DNA from: an uncultured Phycisphaerales bacterium
GTDB taxonomy: Bacteria > Planctomycetota > Phycisphaerae > Phycisphaerales > UBA1924
DNA: 64,000 nt
Direction: 5' to 3'
NCBI GenBank assembly: GCA_937858155.1
Contig: CALLYM010000160.1
Location: 5,568-69,567, forward strand
The notes under the pieces are model-generated. The model saw only the letters and a program-made list of their open reading frames with translations, made no database searches and was not told where the DNA came from. Both the position numbers and the translations under genes were made by a program. Shown piece after piece: positions 57,788-64,000 of the stretch. Position 1 is the stretch's first letter, and every line of letters begins with the position of its first letter.

Positions 57788-59287
57788 TCAGCCTTGACGC
57801 ATACGCGCGATGGTGCCCGTGGTGCTCTTGCCTTCGACGAGGTCGATCAGCACGACGCGCCCGCCGTGGCGCTCCACGATCTCCGCTCCGACCACCTTAT
57901 CCCTGGTGTAGTCAGCTCCCTTTACCAGCACATCGGGCTTGATGGCCGCGATAAGGCGGAGCGGCGTGTCGCGCGTCGCATCGTCGGCGCCCTGAGCTTC
58001 GCTGCCACCGCCGAAGAGCACGATGCACCCCACGCTCTCGAGCGCACCGAGCACCCGGGCGCGGTCTGCTTCGTTGTTGACGGGGCGAGAGGCGCCTTTG
58101 AGCCGTCGGACGCTCTCGTCGCAGTTCAGGCCAACGACCAGGAAGTCCCCGCACACCGCCGCTTTTTCCAGCAGCGTCACATGCCCGCTGTGCAGCACGT
58201 CGAAGCACCCATTGGTGAAAACCACCTTCTGTCCCCGCCGGCGTCGCTCGCGGACCTCTTCGATCGCCTGTTCGACCGTGCGGACCTTTCCCTGAACCAC
58301 ACCCGCTTCGCGCAGAATGCTCTGGCGCACCTGCTCGAACGGGATCGGCTGCACGCCGAAAACCTCAACCTCCAGCCCGGCCGCCGCGTTGGCAAAGCGG
58401 GTGCTGTCGTTCCATGAGAGCCCGTTGGCACGGGCGGCGGCAAGCCCCGCAATGAACATGTCGCCCGCCCCGCTCACGTCGTACACCTGCCGGGCGCGCG
58501 TGGGGATGGTGGTCGCTCGGGCGTTTTCGAGCAGCAGTGCACCCTCCTTATCGAGCGTCAGGACGACCGTGTCCAGCGCCATGGTCTTTAGCAGCCATGA
58601 CGCTAGCGATTCGGGCCCCTCCCGCGGGCCACTGGCGAGCGACTCCGCCTCGCTGCGGTTGGGTGTGATGGTCGTTGCCCCTCGGTAGCGTGCCGGTGGG
58701 GCGTTGCGCGCGGGGTCTACAAAGACTGGTTTGCCGGCGCGTCTGGCCGCGTCGATAAGGCGTGTGCACAGGCTGTCGCTACATACGCCTTTGCCATAAT
58801 CTTCGATCACCACGACGTCCGCACCGAGGAGGCGTGACTCAAACGCCTTGAGCAGCAGGTCCTGCACCGCCTGCGCCACCGGCTCGCGGCTTTCTTCATC
58901 TACGCGGAACATCTTCTGCGGGTGGCGCGCCTGCGCGAGGCCGATCAGGTTCTGCTTGAGTGTCGTCGGGCGGGCGTTGTCGCGGACCAGTCCCGACGTG
59001 TCCACGCCCTCCGTTTCCAGAGCGGAGGTCAGCCTGCGGGCAGTTTCGTCGTCGCCTGTGACGCCAAAGGCCACCACCCTTCCGCGTAACGCGGCGAGGT
59101 CCATGCACACGTTGCTCGCCCCGCCGGGGCGGAACTCGCGGCTGCGCACCAGCAGCACCGGGACCGGCGCATCCGGCGACAGGCGTTCGGCGTCACCATA
59201 GACCAGTTCGTCGAGCATGAAGTCGCCCACGACGAGGGCGACAAAGGGCCGCCACGCATCCAGCCTTGTGACCAGCGCATCGCTCAT
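57788..59287 (-). CDS. hldE: bifunctional D-beta-D-heptose 7-phosphate kinase / D-beta-D-heptose 1-phosphate adenylyltransferase
   Basis: N-terminal PfkB kinase (…YDVSGAGDMFIAGLAAA…) and C-terminal cytidylyltransferase (VVFTNGCFDVLHSGHVTLLE). Confidence 0.9.
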   Translation of the reverse strand: MSDALVTRLDAWRPFVALVVGDFMLDELVYGDAERLSPDAPVPVLLVRSREFRPGGASNVCMDLAALRGRVVAFGVTGDDETARRLTSALETEGVDTSGLVRDNARPTTLKQNLIGLAQARHPQKMFRVDEESREPVAQAVQDLLLKAFESRLLGADVVVIEDYGKGVCSDSLCTRLIDAARRAGKPVFVDPARNAPPARYRGATTITPNRSEAESLASGPREGPESLASWLLKTMALDTVVLTLDKEGALLLENARATTIPTRARQVYDVSGAGDMFIAGLAAARANGLSWNDSTRFANAAAGLEVEVFGVQPIPFEQVRQSILREAGVVQGKVRTVEQAIEEVRERRRRGQKVVFTNGCFDVLHSGHVTLLEKAAVCGDFLVVGLNCDESVRRLKGASRPVNNEADRARVLGALESVGCIVLFGGGSEAQGADDATRDTPLRLIAAIKPDVLVKGADYTRDKVVGAEIVERHGGRVVLIDLVEGKSTTGTIARMRQG

Positions 59288-59406
59288 GCGGGTGAAGGGT
59301 AGGAGCGGGGCGCTGCTGCGATGGCGGCCGGATCCGCCGCAAGGAGCGTGATCTCGAATCAGCGCTCCGACCCACGTCGCTTCCCCGTGACCCCGCCTTC
59401 GTACGA

Positions 59407-59742
59407 TTGCGCGTGAACCCCGACGATGAGGTCTGCCTTTGCTTCCACGTGTCGCTCCGAAAAATCCGCGCCTACTTGCAGCGTGAGAACCCGCCGGTCG
59501 CGAGCCTCATCAGCGAGTGCCTTTCCGCCGGCACCGGGTGCCAGTGGTGCGTGCCGTTCCTCAAGCACCTGCACGCCTGTCATGTAAAGGGGGTGGACCC
59601 GGACCTCAAGGTGAGCCCCGAGGAATACATGCGGACCCGGCTGGAGTACCACAAGACAAAGGTGCGGGATGAAGAGGTAGTGGGGCGGGCCACCGGAGGC
59701 GAAGGTGGGGAAGAACCCGTCCCAGACGTTGCAGCGCCCTGA
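59407..59742 (+). CDS. BFD-like [2Fe-2S]-binding domain protein (bacterioferritin-associated ferredoxin-like) with C-terminal extension
   Basis: DEVCLCFHVSLRKI...CLSAGTGCQWCVPFL has the CxC...CxxC spacing of the BFD-like domain. Confidence 0.7.
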   Translation: MRVNPDDEVCLCFHVSLRKIRAYLQRENPPVASLISECLSAGTGCQWCVPFLKHLHACHVKGVDPDLKVSPEEYMRTRLEYHKTKVRDEEVVGRATGGEGGEEPVPDVAAP

Positions 59743-59765
59743 TGTAGATTTGTGCAAATTCCTGC

Positions 59766-59793
59766 TTGCAATTGGCCGATTTGCCGATAGCAT
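59766..59793 (+). promoter_or_regulatory. candidate sigma70-type promoter (TTGCAA-N16-TAGCAT) upstream of a mini-ORF and the rtcB operon
   Basis: Read directly in a locally AT-richer stretch. There is no experimental support, and the consensus for this phylum is uncertain. Confidence 0.3.
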
Positions 59794-59830
59794 CCATTTC
59801 CCGCACTCTGCGCGCGAAAGGAGTATCACC

Positions 59831-59884
59831 ATGACTGCACGAACCGCCATCATGTCGCTGAACTCCGCCGGCCCCGTCCTCTAA
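59831..59884 (+). CDS. 17-codon mini-ORF (MTARTAIMSLNSAGPVL), possible leader peptide
   Basis: AAAGGAG lies exactly 7 nt upstream of ATG 59831. A GGCGGG-TTCC-CCCGCC hairpin (59899-59914) and a T-rich tract follow. It lies 146 nt upstream of the next gene. Confidence 0.3.
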   Translation: MTARTAIMSLNSAGPVL

Positions 59885-60030
59885 GGACGCAGTGCCCCGG
59901 CGGGTTCCCCCGCCCATATCCACTTTCCTTCTGAAGATATTGTCCGCCCGAGCGTGAACTCCCGGCGTTGTGGTGCATTGCGCGCAACGGTTGGGCCTCG
60001 ATCACCGCGCGGGCCATTCGGAGCAGCCCC

Positions 60031-60444
60031 ATGGCAGCAGACAAGAGTCGCCGCCTGCGCGATCTCTGCGCGCACGTCCACGCCGACGACGGCCAGGAAG
60101 CGAAGCGTGACGAACAAAGAAAGACACCACCCAACCCACCCGCGTTCCGCGACGCACAGCTCGCGAAGGCGGCGCGACGGGCGGTGGAACAGGAAGTGTG
60201 TGCGACCCAGATCGGCATCGACTGGGGGACGCACGTGATCGACATCCAGGTAAGCGCGGGAGCTCACCTACGGGCGTGGGTCGGGGTGGCGTGCCCGCGG
60301 CGCGACATCGATAGAGCGGGCATGTGGCTCGCAACCCGCACCCCCGCGGTGCGTGCCGCGCTCGCGCGGTCCATTACCAGGAAGAAGGCGCCCACCGTGA
60401 CGCTTGTTATGGAGTGGGTAACGGGGCACCCCCATGGAGCATGA
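60031..60444 (+). CDS. hypothetical protein translationally coupled to rtcB (weak RbfA/KH-like sequence pattern)
   Basis: GGAG lies 7 nt upstream of ATG 60031. Codon usage is GC3-rich. The 3' end overlaps the rtcB ORF start by 11 nt. It is neither archease nor RtcA by motif. Confidence 0.5.
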   Translation: MAADKSRRLRDLCAHVHADDGQEAKRDEQRKTPPNPPAFRDAQLAKAARRAVEQEVCATQIGIDWGTHVIDIQVSAGAHLRAWVGVACPRRDIDRAGMWLATRTPAVRAALARSITRKKAPTVTLVMEWVTGHPHGA

Positions 60445-61669
60445 AGCAATGGAATATGAGGACGATAAGGCCACTTCACAGAGGCGTGGGCGTAGGCCGT
60501 CGGGCGGAGGGGGCGCGTCAGCAGCGCTGACGCACGACCCGCGTGTCGCGATGTGGCTCGCAGAAGAGCTTTCGGACGGAGCCGCCCGCATCCTGATACG
60601 GCTGCAGTCGCTCGCGGACCTGCGAAGGATGGCGGTCATGCCCGACGTGCACCCTTCACGATCGGTGTGCGTGGGGTGCGTGCTGGCGACGCAGGAGGTC
60701 GTGTACCCCGAAGCCATCGGAGGCGACATCGGCTGCGGTATGAGCGCCGTGCGGATGACGGGAATCGGAGGCGTCGACTTGGCGGGCGGTGCAGCGGAAC
60801 GCGTGCTCGCGGCGCTGAATCGGCGCGTCGATGTCATGGCGAGGTCGAGCACGTCCGTGGAGTTGGACGTGGACGGTCCCGCGCCCGTCCAGCTGCGGGA
60901 GGAACGTCTGGCGAAGTCGGCAGCGCGTACGGGCACCACGCAGCTGGGCACCCTGGGGCGTGGCAATCACTTTGTTGAGGTTCAGGTTGATGAAGAGGGC
61001 GCGGTGTGGATCATGGCGCATTCTGGTTCCCGCGCTATGGGGCAGGAGGTCGCGGCCCACTATGCCCGGGCTGCGCGCGAGCGTGGTGTGCGATCGGTGC
61101 TGCAAGGGCTCAGGATCGACTCTGTCGATGGGCAGAAGTACATGTCGGACCAGGAATGGTGCGTTCGGTACGCTGCGGCGAATCGGCGGGCAATCCTCCA
61201 ATCGGCGGCAGCGGCTGTACGCGCGGTGGTGGGCGGGGGTGCTGACTGGGGGTCGTTCGTGGACGCGCCGCACAACTTCGTGCGTATCGAAGAACATGGC
61301 GGGACAGATCTCATCGTGCACAGGAAGGGCGCTGCACCGGCAGCGGCGGGGCGTGCGGGGCTTATCCCGGGCTCTGCGGGCACGATGAGCGTGCATGTGG
61401 AGGGGCGCGGGTCAGCGCGGTCCCTGTGCACGAGTTCGCACGGGGCTGGACGCGTGCTTTCCCGCGGCGATGCAAAGCGGTCCATAACTGTTGGCACGCT
61501 GCGCCGAGAGATGCGAGGCGTGGCCTACGACACACGCCGTGAGAACGGGCTGCGGGACGAGGCGCCTGCCGCGTACCGCGATCTGCGTGCGGTGCTCCGG
61601 GCGCAGCAGGAACTCGTGAAAGTCACGCGGACGCTGCGGCCGCTCGTGTCGTTCAAGGCGGGCGGGTGA
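60434..61669 (+). CDS. rtcB: RNA-splicing ligase RtcB (3'-phosphate/5'-hydroxy RNA ligase)
   Basis: MPDVHPS, GGDIGCGM, GRGNHFVEVQ, HSGSR..G, PHNFV, IPGSAGT.S and SSHGAGR are present in order. There is an N-terminal ~30-aa basic/Gly-rich extension, so the true start may be downstream. Confidence 0.9.
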   Translation: MEHEAMEYEDDKATSQRRGRRPSGGGGASAALTHDPRVAMWLAEELSDGAARILIRLQSLADLRRMAVMPDVHPSRSVCVGCVLATQEVVYPEAIGGDIGCGMSAVRMTGIGGVDLAGGAAERVLAALNRRVDVMARSSTSVELDVDGPAPVQLREERLAKSAARTGTTQLGTLGRGNHFVEVQVDEEGAVWIMAHSGSRAMGQEVAAHYARAARERGVRSVLQGLRIDSVDGQKYMSDQEWCVRYAAANRRAILQSAAAAVRAVVGGGADWGSFVDAPHNFVRIEEHGGTDLIVHRKGAAPAAAGRAGLIPGSAGTMSVHVEGRGSARSLCTSSHGAGRVLSRGDAKRSITVGTLRREMRGVAYDTRRENGLRDEAPAAYRDLRAVLRAQQELVKVTRTLRPLVSFKAGG

Positions 61670-61678
61670 AGCAGGATT

Positions 61679-61849
61679 TTACCGCTTCTTGGCGCGGGCA
61701 CCGCGTTTCTGCTGGGTGATGTGGGAAGGCTCCACCCGGCTCCCGAGGTGGCTCGTGGACGTCGGTGTGCGCTTCTTGATTCCCGATCGCATCGCGCCGG
61801 GCGTGCTCTGAGAGCGGGCATTGGAACGGGAAGCCTTTCGTGCGGCCAT
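61679..61849 (-). CDS. small highly basic protein (56 aa), unknown
   Basis: GAGGAG lies 6 nt upstream of ATG 61847-61849. The sequence is MAARKASRSNARSQSTPGAMRSGIKKRTPTSTSHLGSRVEPSHITQQKRGARAKKR, which is Arg/Lys/Ser-rich. Confidence 0.45.
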   Translation of the reverse strand: MAARKASRSNARSQSTPGAMRSGIKKRTPTSTSHLGSRVEPSHITQQKRGARAKKR

Positions 61850-61925
61850 GCTGAACTCCTCGTGCCCGTGCCGTATCTTGGTAATGTCGTCGCGGGGCAA
61901 CGCACCCTTATGGTATCATCCCACG

Positions 61926-62516
61926 ATGCAGTCCAAGGCGAAAACTGTCAGCGAGTACATCGCCTCTCTCCCGGCAGAGCGCAAGGCCGCCATGGAAGCG
62001 GTGCGCACGGTGATCCTCGAGAACTTGGACAAGGGCTATCAGGAGGGCATGACGTACGGCATGATCGGGTACTTCGTGCCCCACACCATCTACCCCGCCG
62101 GGTACCACTGCGACCCCCGCCAGCCGTTGCCGTTCGCGGGGCTCGCAAGTCAGAAGCAGCACATTTCCGTGTACTTGATGGGTATGTACTGCGGCTGTGT
62201 GGGCGAGCAGGAAACAGAGCTGGTGAGGTGGTTCCGCGACGCCTGGGCAAAGGCGGGCAAGAAGCTCGATATGGGCAAGGCCTGCGTGCGTTTTAAGAAG
62301 TTGGAAGATGTGCCGTTGGACGTGCTCGGCGAGGCGATCCGGCGCGTGCCGCTCAAGAAGTTCATCGATCACTACGAGCAAGGTCTGGCTGCAATGAGCG
62401 GGGGCAGATCATCCCCGGCCAAGAAGACTCAAGGCCGAGCTAATCCCGTGCCACCGCGCATGAAAGCGGCCAAAAAGGTCGGGAAAAGAGAGCCAATCAA
62501 GGACCATTCGCGCTGA
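61926..62516 (+). CDS. DUF1801 (YdhG-like) domain protein
   Basis: KTVSEYIASLPAERKAAMEAVRTVILENLDKGYQEGMTYGMIGYFVP...ISVYLMG... is typical of the DUF1801/YdhG family. Confidence 0.75.
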   Translation: MQSKAKTVSEYIASLPAERKAAMEAVRTVILENLDKGYQEGMTYGMIGYFVPHTIYPAGYHCDPRQPLPFAGLASQKQHISVYLMGMYCGCVGEQETELVRWFRDAWAKAGKKLDMGKACVRFKKLEDVPLDVLGEAIRRVPLKKFIDHYEQGLAAMSGGRSSPAKKTQGRANPVPPRMKAAKKVGKREPIKDHSR

Positions 62517-62758
62517 GTTTTCCCCAATCCGACGACACAGCTTTCCCGGCAACTTGGGTGAAAATCGCTCACAACCCTAACCGAGTGCAAAAACTGGGTG
62601 GTGGTGGTTACAAAGTCCGAGGATTGTGGTATCTTGATAGTGCTGCTTCAAGCCTCCGCACGTTCTGTGCGGCGCTTCGTGTCCAACAGCGCGGTGTTTC
62701 GGGCCGGTGCCGGTTTCACGGAACGAGTGTGAGTGGGAAGATACGTGAAGGAGTCGCC

Positions 62759-63814
62759 ATGCGCTTCTGCCGTCGTGCGTTCACTCTCATCGAACTGCTG
62801 GTGGTCATCGCCATCATCGGCTTGCTGGTGGGCCTGCTGCTGCCCAGCCTGGGCAAGGCCAGGGAGACCGGGCGTTCGCTCCGCGAGCTTGCGGCCATCA
62901 ACCAGATCCAGAAGTTCCACGCGGCGTACTCCATTGATTACCAGGACACACTGATCCCCGCGCGTGTGCCGAAGTTCTGGATCTGGTTCCAGAACTGCCG
63001 GATCGACATGTACCCGACCGACCCGTACGACAGCGCGTACAAGATCACGCGCGAGTCCATGCGGAACTGGACGTGGCGCCTGATCCAGCACTCCCGCACG
63101 CCCGTTGAGGATGTATGGGTGCTGAATAAGGAGGACCAGAAGCTGTTCAACGACCGCGGCTACGCGGGCCGCACGACGGAGGGCAACCGCCTCGCGTCGT
63201 ACCCCGACACCTCCTATCCCGGCGCTGTCGCAACGCACCCCTCCTTCGGCATGAACTCCGTTTTCGTCGGCGGCGACACCAACTTCTCAGGGCACAAGCA
63301 CCACGGCATGAGCCGGTGCGGGTTCGACACAGTCATCCCGGGCGGCAATCCAGTATCGCAGGGCGGGCTGTTTTACATGCGTCGCACCGCCGACGTGCGC
63401 AACCCATCCGACATCATCACCTTTGCCGGCTCGCGCGCGGGCGATGTGTCCGGTACCGCTTACCACAACAACGGCCGCAACGCCGCGGATTCAGCGACCG
63501 CCAAGCGGGATGGGCACTTCCGCGTGCTCCCGCCCACGTCCGTACCGACGTCCGACCCCGACCACGCCTTTGGCATCACCATGGCGAACGGTTGGTCTCC
63601 GACCGCGCCCAACACGTGGGACCCCAAGCTCCCGCAGAGCACGTTTGGGTATCTCAACGCCCGGTACTTCAACACCGTCGCGATTGTCCACTTTGACGCC
63701 AGCGCCAAGCGGATGAAGATCGAAGACCTCAAGAACATGAAGTACTGGGACAACTTCGCGCCGGAGAACACGAATACCGCCACCGGCGTGTACACGTGGC
63801 GTCCCAGGGTCTAG
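62759..63814 (+). CDS. prepilin-type N-terminal cleavage/methylation domain protein (pseudopilin-like, DUF1559-like)
   Basis: AAGGAG lies upstream of ATG 62759. [36 protein letters not shown] is the class III signal peptide. The C-terminal ...[18 protein letters not shown] resembles the family's terminal motif. Confidence 0.85.
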   Translation: MRFCRRAFTLIELLVVIAIIGLLVGLLLPSLGKARETGRSLRELAAINQIQKFHAAYSIDYQDTLIPARVPKFWIWFQNCRIDMYPTDPYDSAYKITRESMRNWTWRLIQHSRTPVEDVWVLNKEDQKLFNDRGYAGRTTEGNRLASYPDTSYPGAVATHPSFGMNSVFVGGDTNFSGHKHHGMSRCGFDTVIPGGNPVSQGGLFYMRRTADVRNPSDIITFAGSRAGDVSGTAYHNNGRNAADSATAKRDGHFRVLPPTSVPTSDPDHAFGITMANGWSPTAPNTWDPKLPQSTFGYLNARYFNTVAIVHFDASAKRMKIEDLKNMKYWDNFAPENTNTATGVYTWRPRV

Positions 63815-63843
63815 AGGATTCACACCTCGTCCTACGCTCGCGC

Positions 63844-64000
63844 GTGGGAGAGGTTCCTGCTATCCCGGTTATCTGCGGCCCGACCGCCGGCGGCAAGTCC
63901 GCTCTCGCGGTGTCGTTTGCGCTGATGCTTCGCGAGCGCGGCGTGACCGCAGAGATCGTCACGGCCGACGCGTTCCAGGTGTACCGGGGCATGGACATCG
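63844..64000 (+). CDS. miaA: tRNA dimethylallyltransferase MiaA, N-terminal fragment; runs off the right edge of the window
   Basis: The frame from GTG 63844 gives [52 protein letters not shown]. It shows the P-loop GPTAxGKS and the [10 protein letters not shown] motif. The start codon is uncertain. Confidence 0.8.
   Translation, partial: MGEVPAIPVICGPTAGGKSALAVSFALMLRERGVTAEIVTADAFQVYRGMDI

Noticed and set aside
59850-60267. Two minus-strand ORFs (131 and 128 aa) covering the rtcB-upstream region, and the 164-aa minus ORF 59359-59853 opposite the Bfd-like gene.
   Set aside because: They have no SD and no motifs, and their composition is Arg/Ala/Gly-rich. The plus strand has a BFD-like Cys motif, a SD-preceded ORF coupled to rtcB, and the mini-ORF.
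1-64000. Search for CRISPR arrays, IS elements or transposases, integrases, prophage genes, toxin-antitoxin pairs and known defence-system hallmarks.
   Set aside because: I saw no regularly spaced direct repeats, no DDE/tyrosine/serine recombinase motifs, no terminal inverted repeats flanking genes and no nuclease/helicase/NTPase gene trios. The window reads as core chromosome with lineage-specific secreted proteins. This by-eye scan cannot exclude short or degenerate elements.

Overview
The window is a GC-rich (about two-thirds G+C by eye, not computed), densely coding chromosomal segment with about 60 protein genes and one tRNA. I saw no rRNA, CRISPR array, transposase, integrase or phage genes. 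Gene content suggests a Planctomycetota-like organism, possibly Phycisphaerae-like (inference only). The evidence is a prepilin-type N-terminal methylation protein of the DUF1559-like kind, many secreted peptidases, dockerin/EF-hand-like C-terminal tags, futalosine-pathway mqnB, and a solitary tRNA-Ile(GAU) outside any rRNA operon.

Recognisable blocks:
- A cbb3 oxidase locus (fused ccoNO, ccoQ-like, monohaem ccoP, ccoG) lies divergent from an Rrf2 regulator across a strikingly AT-rich spacer.
- acs and rsmE.
- An hpf-ptsN-ptsH remnant of the rpoN neighbourhood, followed by an HExxH protein and gmhA.
- A porin.
- A pilM-pilN-pilO-pilP-like-ATPase cluster.
- mqnB, an HlyD-type adaptor, a fibro-slime protein, a VOC-family protein (vicinal oxygen chelate / glyoxalase fold) and purN.
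- manC, an M36 fungalysin-like protease and an S9 dipeptidyl peptidase.
- Three tandem PAS-like/LuxR modules.
- A BatA/VWA protein, rlmE, fdx-iscX, a GT2 glycosyltransferase, a Kef-type antiporter, a TPR plus double alpha-CTD protein, and a MATE pump.
- A Rieske-flavoprotein fusion, pdxA, two FtsX/MacB-type permeases, hldE, a Bfd-like protein, rtcB with an overlapping unknown partner, a DUF1801 protein, a pseudopilin-like protein and the start of miaA.

Most of the long ORFs antisense to these genes are high-GC shadow ORFs. Start codons were re-picked by eye from signal peptides, Shine-Dalgarno (SD) motifs and family N-termini.

I found no complete, clearly novel multi-gene system. The most unusual items are:
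- the tandem or fused PAS-LuxR array, with a C7-tract frameshift;
- a periplasmic PTP-fold/cytochrome c'-like fusion;
- a Cys-bracketed dockerin-like C-terminal tag shared by two large secreted proteins;
- a leader-peptide-like mini-ORF upstream of an rtcB operon;
- a secretin-less pilMNOP-ATPase cluster;
- an 11-bp perfect inverted repeat in the AT-rich ccoN/rrf2 control region.

All family assignments come from motif recognition by eye, not from database searches.
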